From: a virus
Length of the DNA: 64,000 nucleotides
Direction: 5' to 3' (one strand)
IMG/VR virus record: IMGVR_UViG_3300045988_173726
Location: 160,001-224,000 of that record
Shown here one piece after another: positions 28,303 through 36,543 of this stretch; the first letter of the stretch is position 1, and each line of letters opens with the position of its first letter. The notes beneath the pieces are model-generated. The model saw only the letters and a list, made by a program, of their open reading frames with translations, was not told the DNA's origin and did not search any database. The position numbers and the translations under genes were made by a program.

Positions 28303-30429
28303 ATGAGAGAGTTAGTTTTGCTTCGCGGGTTGCCTGCGAGCGGGAAGTCAAGCTTTGTAGAAGAGTACGGCTTGGGGGCATATACCTTAAGCCTTGATGA
28401 CTTTCGGATTAAGGTAAACAGTGTAGAGCTTACAAGGGACGGCGGCTATACGATTTCACAGGTGACGAATACGCTGGTTTATAAGCAGTTTATGTCTGTT
28501 TTAGTGGCTCGTATGGGGTTAGGCGAGTTCACGGTGGTAGACGCTTGTCATGTAAACAGGAAGAGCGCAAAACAGGTACTAGAGTTAGCCGAGAAGTATA
28601 ATTATCGTGTTAGCGTGGTAAACTTAAATGTCTCTGTAGAAGAGAGCAAGAGAAGAAACCGGTTTCGAGAAGAGTATAAGCGTGTTCCCGATGCGGTGAT
28701 TGATAGGATGGCAAGTAGGTGGGAAGATGACTTGCTTTTGCCGGAGATTAAGAAAGAGGATTTTGCTGACTTTCTAAGGCTTAGTGTAGACGAGTTAAAG
28801 GGAAGGTATCGGGGCGTAGTCGTAATCGGAGACATTCATAGCAGTGTGTATCCGCTTAGAAAGGTCATTAAGCAGTTCGATGACAGATTTCTCTATGTGT
28901 TTGTCGGAGACTATTTTGACAGAGGAGACTCGCCCGTAGAGACCTTTAAGCTTGTGGAAGAGCTGTCTACGAAAGAGAATATCGTGATGCTCCTTGGAAA
29001 CCATGAGCATCACATGCGGGATTATCTTTTTGGGGAGTTTGACTCGCTTCCGAGACAGGCAAAAGAGACCTATAGAGCGTTTAAGGAAGCAGGGATTTCG
29101 GAGGTTCGGGTTCGAGAGTTTTACGATAGGCTTCGAGATTATTATGCTTTTAAGGTGTTTGGGAAGAGGTATTTTGTGTGCCATGCGGGAGTCCCGTTTA
29201 TCCCCGAGAGAGCTAAGTTTATCAGTACCAGACAGCTTACAGGTGGTTTAGAGGACGGAGCTGGAGAGATTGATACGATTTACACAGCGAACGCGCTTAA
29301 GCGTGGCTTGGTAACGGATGACGGAGAGTATTTAGGATTTATTCAGATTCACGGTCATTTGAATACGCCGTCAACTATCTTTAGCTATAGCCTTGAGGAT
29401 AGTGTAGAGTTTGGTGGAAACTTAAAGTATGCGGTAATCAATCCGAACAGGGTGACGCCGTCTATTTGCAAGGTAAGTAACAAGTTTGCTGGGGTAGGTG
29501 AGAGGGCTACAGGGATTACGGTAGCAGATGCCCGTGTAAACGCACTTTTGCAGAAGGTAGGAATCAGAGTTAAGGATTTAGGCGACTATTACAGCGTAAA
29601 CTTTTCTCCGACAGTGTTTTATAACAGGTATTGGAACGAGTATACGGTAAAGGCACGGGGCTTGTTTATCGAGAAGGGTACGGGAAAGGTCGTTGCGCGG
29701 AGTTACGACAAGTTTTTTAATGTCGGTGAGCTGGATAGCGAAGAAGGGATTGCGGAGAAGCTTAGATTTCCTGTTACCTTTCGGGAGAAGGCAAATGGAT
29801 TTTTAGGGATTGCCGCTATGTATCGTAAGACAGGGGAAGAGAAGCGTGAGTTAAAGCTGTTTTCTAAGTCTATGGACAAGGGACAGTTCGTTTCGATGCT
29901 TCGCGAGGCGTGGGATAGCTTAAAGCCAGAGACACGGTATGTCCTAAAGAGAATTATGGTAGAGCGGCATGTGTCTGCGATTTTTGAGGTAATCCACCCG
30001 AACGACAGGCATATCGTAGATTATAAGGACGCGACTAAGCTGTATCTCTTAAACTTTGTAGAGAACTCATTAAGCACGAAGGTTTACGCGCCAGAGGAGT
30101 TACTGGGAGAGGACGGTTTGTCGGTAATTTTAAGCGACAGCGGAATAAGTCTGCCGAAAGTGCTTGCCATAGCGCATGGTAGGGACGAGTGGCGTAAAGC
30201 GGTAACGGAGCTTTCGCTTAGAAAAGACATTGAGGGTGCGGTATCGGTAGACAAGCGCGGGTTTATGGTGAAAGTAAAGACGAATTGGTATCGCGACCTT
30301 AAGGCTAGCAGAAAGGCGCTTGAGTACGGCAGAGACATAAACGCTTTCACGCATTACGCGATTAAGCACGGTCTTGAGAAAGAGAGCGTGGTTGTGATTA
30401 AGCGGCAGATGGATAAGGAGGGACGGTAA
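28303..30429 (+). CDS. trifunctional RNA repair enzyme: polynucleotide kinase, metallophosphoesterase and RNA ligase (bacterial Pnkp-type order)
   Basis: P-loop LRGLPASGKSSF. Calcineurin-type motifs VVVIGDIHS, GDYFDRGD and LLGNHEH. Ligase motif I EKANGF, motif IV IEGAVS and motif V MVKVKTNWY. Confidence 0.75.
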   Translation: MRELVLLRGLPASGKSSFVEEYGLGAYTLSLDDFRIKVNSVELTRDGGYTISQVTNTLVYKQFMSVLVARMGLGEFTVVDACHVNRKSAKQVLELAEKYNYRVSVVNLNVSVEESKRRNRFREEYKRVPDAVIDRMASRWEDDLLLPEIKKEDFADFLRLSVDELKGRYRGVVVIGDIHSSVYPLRKVIKQFDDRFLYVFVGDYFDRGDSPVETFKLVEELSTKENIVMLLGNHEHHMRDYLFGEFDSLPRQAKETYRAFKEAGISEVRVREFYDRLRDYYAFKVFGKRYFVCHAGVPFIPERAKFISTRQLTGGLEDGAGEIDTIYTANALKRGLVTDDGEYLGFIQIHGHLNTPSTIFSYSLEDSVEFGGNLKYAVINPNRVTPSICKVSNKFAGVGERATGITVADARVNALLQKVGIRVKDLGDYYSVNFSPTVFYNRYWNEYTVKARGLFIEKGTGKVVARSYDKFFNVGELDSEEGIAEKLRFPVTFREKANGFLGIAAMYRKTGEEKRELKLFSKSMDKGQFVSMLREAWDSLKPETRYVLKRIMVERHVSAIFEVIHPNDRHIVDYKDATKLYLLNFVENSLSTKVYAPEELLGEDGLSVILSDSGISLPKVLAIAHGRDEWRKAVTELSLRKDIEGAVSVDKRGFMVKVKTNWYRDLKASRKALEYGRDINAFTHYAIKHGLEKESVVVIKRQMDKEGR

Positions 30430-30430
30430 G

Positions 30431-31270
30431 ATGGTTGTATTCATGTTTGAGCATTCCAGTATGTTTGTCTGGATTTGGATAATGCTCTTGATTGCCTTTG
30501 GAAAGGGCGTGTATCGGTTTGTTAGGGGCAAGGGAGATTTTTCTTCTCGTCTCAAGGCGGTAAAGGAAGAGTATTTTGCAAAGGATTTCGAGGGGCTTTC
30601 GACTTCGGTCATTTTCCTTGGGTTAGCGGTGCTTTTCCTGCTTAGTTATCTTTTGCTTGAGCATGGGGACGTGTCTAAGCGGTATTTGATTCATGTAGCG
30701 GAGAGTGAGGCGATTCAGAGTTCTTCCCTAAGCGTGAAGCCGATTGAGGCAGAGTTTACTGCGCCGCTTGACGCAGTGGTTTATTCAAGAGATGAGCAGA
30801 ACGGCGACAAGGTATCGGAGTTTACGCCGCTTAACGAGAAGAAGTCTATTGCTACGGTTACATTTGGGGACGGCGATGTAGTAAAGGGCAGGGAAACAAG
30901 TTTCATGGTAAATCGTGCGGACAAGTTTAAGGTTCGGACGAATCAGCAGTATAAAATCAATTATTCCGAGGTTTCTAAGGGGAAGTTAAGTATTTATCCA
31001 GACAGTGAGCAGAATCTTAGGAGCGTAAGATACAGAGTTACAGGGTTTAACAAGGGCTACAAGTATTACTTAGACGGAGTGACGCGGATTCCCGATGTAG
31101 AGGTAGAGCGTGGCGATACGATGATTACGTTATTTGCAACCTTTTCGCATAAGGAGAAGGATGATGACGAAGAGGGTAGCCTGCCTCCGTATCGTGTTGT
31201 GAAAGAGCATAGCATTATAGGGTATGACAAGGACTGGAACATTAAGGACTGCTACTTGATTAGGCAGTAA
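30431..31270 (+). CDS. single-pass membrane protein, paralog family A
   Basis: N-terminal TM MFVWIWIMLLIAFG. C-terminal motif VRYRVTGFNKGYKYYLDGVTR. Confidence 0.6.
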   Translation: MVVFMFEHSSMFVWIWIMLLIAFGKGVYRFVRGKGDFSSRLKAVKEEYFAKDFEGLSTSVIFLGLAVLFLLSYLLLEHGDVSKRYLIHVAESEAIQSSSLSVKPIEAEFTAPLDAVVYSRDEQNGDKVSEFTPLNEKKSIATVTFGDGDVVKGRETSFMVNRADKFKVRTNQQYKINYSEVSKGKLSIYPDSEQNLRSVRYRVTGFNKGYKYYLDGVTRIPDVEVERGDTMITLFATFSHKEKDDDEEGSLPPYRVVKEHSIIGYDKDWNIKDCYLIRQ

Positions 31271-31293
31271 GAGGTAGAGGGGGTGGATGGCGT

Positions 31294-31941
31294 TTGTTGT
31301 GTGTGTATATTTACTTGTTTTTTGTAGGTTTATGTGTTTTATGGATGTTTGTGATATTCGAGTGCGAATACGGTACGTTTTTCAGTGGTTTATCTTTATT
31401 TGTCGAACAGGTAAAGGTTAATCGTCTGCTGTCTCGTTCCGGCTATAAGTCTTGCCTAGATGTCGGTTCGGTCGCTGGTGTGCTTGAGTTGCCTTGTGGA
31501 GCTAGCCTTTTTGATGTAGACGGTGCAGAGGTAACAACACAGGGTAATCGCTTAGCGTTTGTGGGTAATCGTTTACAGGGAAAGCGATTAATGTTTGATA
31601 ATCGCTTACAGGTTAAAGACGGCATCAGTGTGGTTCACTATAAGGTTGGATTACCAAACGGTGCATCTGTTCGCAGGACGAAGCGGGGCAGTATCTCTCT
31701 TAAGAGGAGCGGCACAGTTTATACGATAAAGCGTAGTGGTTATAAGTGTGCGCGAATGTTTAGTCTTGTTGTTTACTCGCTAGACAGAAGTTTGCGGTGG
31801 TATCTGGACGGTGCAGAGATTGAGTTTCCGAAAGATGGGAATGTTTCGCTAGTCACTGCACCGGTCGGGCACATGGTTAGGTTGTTTGGTTATGACAGTG
31901 AGAATAGGCTCTGTGACGGGGTTATCATAAGGGTTGTATAA
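31294..31941 (+). CDS. single-pass membrane protein, paralog family A
   Basis: TTG start after SD GAGGGGGTGG. N-terminal TM. C-terminal LRWYLDGAEI ... DGVIIRVV. Confidence 0.55.
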   Translation: MLCVYIYLFFVGLCVLWMFVIFECEYGTFFSGLSLFVEQVKVNRLLSRSGYKSCLDVGSVAGVLELPCGASLFDVDGAEVTTQGNRLAFVGNRLQGKRLMFDNRLQVKDGISVVHYKVGLPNGASVRRTKRGSISLKRSGTVYTIKRSGYKCARMFSLVVYSLDRSLRWYLDGAEIEFPKDGNVSLVTAPVGHMVRLFGYDSENRLCDGVIIRVV

Positions 31942-31952
31942 GTGAGTACGAT

Positions 31953-32555
31953 ATGAAGTATGTTGAGGTTAAGATACCTGCATTTTTATTCTATTTGTTG
32001 TTCACTGCAATTTCATTTGTGGCAGTAATTGCTTGCATAGTTGTAACGTTGGACTGGTATCAGAGTTTTAGCCTATTAAGCAGTGCCGAGAAGTCACTGT
32101 CATCCGTAGCATCCAATATTACAGTACAGCCAGCACAGGTTTCATTGAGTTTAGCGACAGATTCTTTCGTTTATGATGAGCAGGGAGGCTCGGTAGTCGG
32201 GGATTCTTTGATGTCGTTTAATGCAGGGAGTAATGAATTAAATTTTGGTGTGAGTTATCCTATTAATTCGGGGAAGCAGAAGTCTGTCAAGGTTAGTTTA
32301 TCTGGTAAGCGGGATGGTGCTAAGTATCTGTTTACTGTTAAGAAAGCACGCATGATTAAGTCGGTTGAGTTTCAAGTGTCTGGATTAGATAATTCGCTTA
32401 ACTGGTATTTGGACGGCAAGCGTGTAATTCCTTCCGATGACGGAATACTTTCGACATCCTATGAGTTTCGGCAGGGGAAATGGTATATCATTTTGATGGG
32501 ATACAATAGTGTAGATGGCTCGGTGAGTGACGGAGTTATCATAAAGATTGTGTAG
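31953..32555 (+). CDS. single-pass membrane protein, paralog family A
   Basis: N-terminal TM. Motif VEFQVSGLDNSLNWYLDGKRV ... DGVIIKIV. Closely related to the 35808 gene. Confidence 0.65.
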   Translation: MKYVEVKIPAFLFYLLFTAISFVAVIACIVVTLDWYQSFSLLSSAEKSLSSVASNITVQPAQVSLSLATDSFVYDEQGGSVVGDSLMSFNAGSNELNFGVSYPINSGKQKSVKVSLSGKRDGAKYLFTVKKARMIKSVEFQVSGLDNSLNWYLDGKRVIPSDDGILSTSYEFRQGKWYIILMGYNSVDGSVSDGVIIKIV

Positions 32556-32589
32556 GGTGTCAACCAAAAACACACAGAAAGGTCTACAA

Positions 32590-34662
32590 ATGGCAGGCTC
32601 AATCGAAGAACAGGTCGAGGGATATTACAAGAACCTCTTAAAAGGTTTAGGGGTTCGCTATTATGCAAAGACGGAAGAAGTGAATAGCAAAATCACAGAG
32701 GCGTTGAAAAATAGCGTTTCTAAGGGTGGTGGTTCGGGTATGAATTACCCCGACATCAAACTCTTGCTCGAAAATTCCACGCGCCGTGATATTCCCGTCA
32801 TGATTGAAGTAAAGGGAACTTTCGGTAAACTTGAAAAAGTTGACAAAAATGGTGAACTTATCGGAGTAACCCCTTGGGCGAGTGATGGTAAAGCCGGGAA
32901 AGACGGAAAGCCTACGCATTTCAAAGGTGACCCAAACTATAGCGTTGTCAAAAGCTTTGCTGTAAATGGAGCGATGCACTATGGTTCAGCCATTTTAGAC
33001 GGTGGGTATGACGAAGTAATCATCGTTGGTGTCAATGGTTGCGAGTTAAAAGACGGTCAAGTTGTAAACCCGGAATGCAAGGCTTATTACGTTTCCAAGA
33101 AGAACAACTGCATTCCAAAAATTATTTCTGAAATTACAGCCGAGGATTGGAGTTTGTTTGCTCATGTTGATGACTTATTTGAGCGTTTAGACCAGTTGAA
33201 TTTGTCGGAAGCAGAGATTGAAGCTTTGACTAATAAGACCGAGGCGACACTTGAAGAGAAAATCAAACGGATTCACCAAAGTTTATATGACGATGTTCAA
33301 CTAAAGACAGCGCTTACGACAAATGAAAAGCTGTATCTTTTCTGTGGATTGATTATGGCAGGGTTGAAAACCGATGGCGTTCGTACGTTAGAGGTTAGTG
33401 ACTTGCATTCCAATAACAGTGACCATAACAATGACGGAACGGTTATTCTTAGCAACATTGAGAGCTTTTTGTACGCTAAAAACGCAAGTGTTGAGAAGGT
33501 GCAGCTGATTTCCGGCTTGTTGCGGGGTGTATTCACGAAAGCGGTTTTATGGAAACCGAAGAATGGTGAGAGTTTACTCAAAGTTTTGTTCCATCAAGTG
33601 AAAGTAGACATTATTCCACTGCTCGAAAGTAAACTGCATTTGGACTTTACGGGGCGCATTTTGAATTCCCTTAACGATTGGGTGTCGATTGACAATGACG
33701 CGGCAAATGATGTGGTTTTGACCCCTCGCTACGTCACGCAATTTATGGCGAAATGTGCCCGCACGAACAAGGATTCCTTTGTTTGGGATAAAGCGATGGG
33801 GTCGGCTGGCTTCTTGGTTTCGGCTATGGACGTGATGATTAAGGATGCTCGTGAAACGATTGCAAATCCCGAGGAGTTAGCCAAAAAAATCAAACATATC
33901 AAAGAAAACCAACTCTTAGGGATTGAAATATTGGGGAACATCTACATTCTAGCCGTTCTCAACATGATTTTGATGGGTGACGGTTCATCCTCGGTTCTCC
34001 AAGGGGATTCTCATGACTATGTTTTGTCTAAAGATTTTCCGGCAAATGTCTTTTTGCTGAATCCTCCGTATAGCGCTCAAGGGAAGGGTTTCAACTTTGT
34101 GGAAGAAGCCTTTAGCCAGATGACGCATGGTTACGGTGCTATTCTCATTCAAGACAGTGCAGGAAACGGTCAAGGTTTGCCATATACGGAACGCATTTTG
34201 CGGAACAATACGCTAGAAGCATCCATTAAAATGCCCTCGGGTTTATTTGGGAATAAGGCGAGCGTGTCGGTTTGTATCTTCGTCTTTAAGGTTGGTCGTC
34301 CACATGAAGCAGATGACTTAGTGACTTTTATTGATATGAGCGAGGATGGCTATAGCCGTCTCAATCGTAAGAAGTCAACGCAGGACACGAATCTGCGCGA
34401 CACAGATGACGCAACGGGTCGTTATGAAGAGGTCTTAGCTCGTGTGCTGGGTAAAAAACCAAAAACAACTTATTACACAGAGAGTAACGGTAAGGTCATT
34501 CATGACACTATTAGCTTGAATGGTGATGATTGGCTGTTTGTACAACACCAGAGCTTAGACACTGTACCAACAGAAGCCGATTTCAAAGCGGTGGTTGCTG
34601 ACTATTTGAGTTGGAAGGTTGCTTCGTTGATGAGGGGCGGTAATAGGGATGGTGAAGTTTAA
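32590..34662 (+). CDS. N6-adenine DNA methyltransferase with an N-terminal PD-(D/E)xK-like region; candidate Type IIB (BcgI-A-like) restriction-modification subunit
   Basis: Start moved to ATG 32590. Nuclease-like YPD ... IEVKG lies near the N-terminus. Motif I is DKAMGSAGFL and motif IV is LLNPPYS. About 370 aa precede the methyltransferase core. Confidence 0.6.
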   Translation: MAGSIEEQVEGYYKNLLKGLGVRYYAKTEEVNSKITEALKNSVSKGGGSGMNYPDIKLLLENSTRRDIPVMIEVKGTFGKLEKVDKNGELIGVTPWASDGKAGKDGKPTHFKGDPNYSVVKSFAVNGAMHYGSAILDGGYDEVIIVGVNGCELKDGQVVNPECKAYYVSKKNNCIPKIISEITAEDWSLFAHVDDLFERLDQLNLSEAEIEALTNKTEATLEEKIKRIHQSLYDDVQLKTALTTNEKLYLFCGLIMAGLKTDGVRTLEVSDLHSNNSDHNNDGTVILSNIESFLYAKNASVEKVQLISGLLRGVFTKAVLWKPKNGESLLKVLFHQVKVDIIPLLESKLHLDFTGRILNSLNDWVSIDNDAANDVVLTPRYVTQFMAKCARTNKDSFVWDKAMGSAGFLVSAMDVMIKDARETIANPEELAKKIKHIKENQLLGIEILGNIYILAVLNMILMGDGSSSVLQGDSHDYVLSKDFPANVFLLNPPYSAQGKGFNFVEEAFSQMTHGYGAILIQDSAGNGQGLPYTERILRNNTLEASIKMPSGLFGNKASVSVCIFVFKVGRPHEADDLVTFIDMSEDGYSRLNRKKSTQDTNLRDTDDATGRYEEVLARVLGKKPKTTYYTESNGKVIHDTISLNGDDWLFVQHQSLDTVPTEADFKAVVADYLSWKVASLMRGGNRDGEV

Positions 34663-35785
34663 GGAGTTTAAGGTCGGGGAGCTGTTTGAGGTGGTAGGCA
34701 ACAAACAAGTGAAGAGCCAGAAAAATATTGTTGCGCGTGATGATGGAATTCCTTTTGTAGTCCAATCAACTAAAAACAATATGGTAAAGTGCCATGTTGA
34801 CCGTGAAAGATTATTAGCCGGTGGTGAGACAGTTTATGAAGGGAACGCGATTGTGTTAGGCGTTGTATCACCTGTTGCGTCTTACCAAGAGACAGAGTTT
34901 GGGGCTAGTCAATCAATTAGTTTGAGAGCTGATTTTTTGAACCCTACGAGAGGGTTATATCTTGTTACAGTGATTAGAAAAGTGATTGAATCCAAATATT
35001 CGTATACAAATTTACCTGGAATCGAAAAATACAAGCAAGATGTGATTCAGCTCCCAGTCAAGCCCGACACTGATGAATCAGATTACACCGAAGCTGACAT
35101 TGACTGGGACTATATGGAGTCCTACATTCACGAATTAGAGGAGTCCTACATTCACGAATTAGACGTTTATCTCAAAGAGACAGGCTTGGATGACTATAGG
35201 TTGACGGATGCCGAGAGAGATGTTATAGGACGTGCGCCTGTGTTTAGAGAGTTTAAGGTCGGGGAGTTGTTTGATGTAACTCAAGGACGACGGTTAAAAA
35301 AGTCAGATTTCGAGAATGGCAATATACCTTTTGTCATGGCAAGTTCTAAAAACAATGGTGTTGTTGCCTATCTATCCAATCCAGTGAACACTAATACGAA
35401 TTTTATCACGGCTGATATTTTAGGGAACGTCTTTTATCAAGATGGTTTGGTTGGGTTTGGTGATGATAATTGCGGGTTGAAGCTCAAAGACGGTAATGAA
35501 TCGGAATCTGTCTATTTATACTTGGCTTGCGCCATTTCACGGTTTAAGTCGATAGCATCATATGGGAATAAATTACGCGGTAAATGGTATAATGAGCAGT
35601 TTATTCAACTCCCAGTCAAGCCAGACACCGATGAAAACAATTATAGTGACTCCGACATTGATTGGGAGTATATGGAGTCCTACATTCGCGTCATGGAAAA
35701 ACAAGTCATCGCTGACGTTGTTGACTACAAAAATGCGGTCATTGAAAACACAAAGAAAATTGTCTCTGGGGCTGGGTTATCATAG
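34649..35785 (+). CDS. hsdS: restriction-modification specificity (S) subunit with two target-recognition domains
   Basis: Internal duplication: FKEFKVGELFEVV / FREFKVGELFDVT, and IQLPVKPDTDESDYTEADIDWDYMESYI / IQLPVKPDTDENNYSDSDIDWEYMESYI. Overlaps the methyltransferase gene by 14 nt. Confidence 0.8.
   Translation: MVKFKEFKVGELFEVVGNKQVKSQKNIVARDDGIPFVVQSTKNNMVKCHVDRERLLAGGETVYEGNAIVLGVVSPVASYQETEFGASQSISLRADFLNPTRGLYLVTVIRKVIESKYSYTNLPGIEKYKQDVIQLPVKPDTDESDYTEADIDWDYMESYIHELEESYIHELDVYLKETGLDDYRLTDAERDVIGRAPVFREFKVGELFDVTQGRRLKKSDFENGNIPFVMASSKNNGVVAYLSNPVNTNTNFITADILGNVFYQDGLVGFGDDNCGLKLKDGNESESVYLYLACAISRFKSIASYGNKLRGKWYNEQFIQLPVKPDTDENNYSDSDIDWEYMESYIRVMEKQVIADVVDYKNAVIENTKKIVSGAGLS
35117..35164 (+). 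repeat. 24 bp tandem duplication inside hsdS (ESYIHELE ESYIHELD)
   Basis: gagtcctacattcacgaattagag followed by gagtcctacattcacgaattagac, 23/24 identical. Confidence 0.9.
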
Positions 35786-35796
35786 GGGTTGTATAG
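35773..35796 (+). pseudogene. 3-prime-end remnant of a family A paralog (WVIIGVV-stop)
   Basis: tgggttatcataggggttgtatag matches the 3-prime ends of the 31294 gene (ggggttatcataagggttgtataa) and the 31953 gene (ggagttatcataaagattgtgtag). Confidence 0.6.
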
Positions 35797-35807
35797 AGGG
35801 TGTTGTA

Positions 35808-36410
35808 ATGGATTTCGAAGCTAACGCAGGTAAGGATAACGAACAGAGTTCGAGTATTAATAACTTGATATTTTATTCTGGAATAGTTCTTGTAGTAAGT
35901 GCGTTCATATTGCCTGTATTTGTGCATATGATTGCCAGTGACCGAGCTAATAGAATGACTAAATTGGTATCGTCAACGCAGTCTAGCATTGTAATACAGC
36001 CAACAACTGTGTCTCTACGATTACCTAAAGACTCGTTTGTGTACGGAGAGCATGGTGGGTCAGTAATAGGGGATTCTCTAATAGCGTTTAACGATGGGAG
36101 TAACGATTTAAGTTTTCATGTGAGCTACCCGACTTTGGATGTACAAAAGTCGTTTACGGTTCATTTATTTGGCGCGTATGACCATATTACATATAAGCTT
36201 ACAACGGAAATGAACGGTTATGATTATGCTGTTGTTTCAGCTCGGTTTCGAGTTTCTGGCTTAGACACTTCATTGGTCTGGTATGCGGATGGAAAGCGTG
36301 AAGTTAGTAGCGGATTTGCAGAGGCGAGCGACATGGTTTATTTGACTGGATATAGTGGAGTTGATAACTCATTGTGCGGTGGGGCTATAGTAAAATATGC
36401 CTGCAAATGA
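35808..36410 (+). CDS. single-pass membrane protein, paralog family A
   Basis: Start moved to ATG 35808 (SD GAGGG); the track ORF start at 35562 reads through the hsdS 3-prime end. Motif ARFRVSGLDTSLVWYADGKRE. Confidence 0.65.
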   Translation: MDFEANAGKDNEQSSSINNLIFYSGIVLVVSAFILPVFVHMIASDRANRMTKLVSSTQSSIVIQPTTVSLRLPKDSFVYGEHGGSVIGDSLIAFNDGSNDLSFHVSYPTLDVQKSFTVHLFGAYDHITYKLTTEMNGYDYAVVSARFRVSGLDTSLVWYADGKREVSSGFAEASDMVYLTGYSGVDNSLCGGAIVKYACK

Positions 36411-36543
36411 GCGCCGAGAAGCCCCTATACGGGCGTCTAATCTTTAGGCGGTAAAGGTATCAATGGAAGCCCTATCGTGTCTCTACGGGGCGCGTGGTGT
36501 GCGAGAGAGGCAATCTAGGTTTAGTTTATACGGGAGGATAGAG

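Noticed and set aside
35562-35807. The upstream part of track ORF 35562-36410, and the extended starts 32548, 6411, 15106, 36463, 38735, 43677, 54159 and 58347
   Set aside because: The extensions overlap the preceding gene or lack an SD. Internal ATG/GTG codons with GGAGG-type sites and paralog alignment give better starts.
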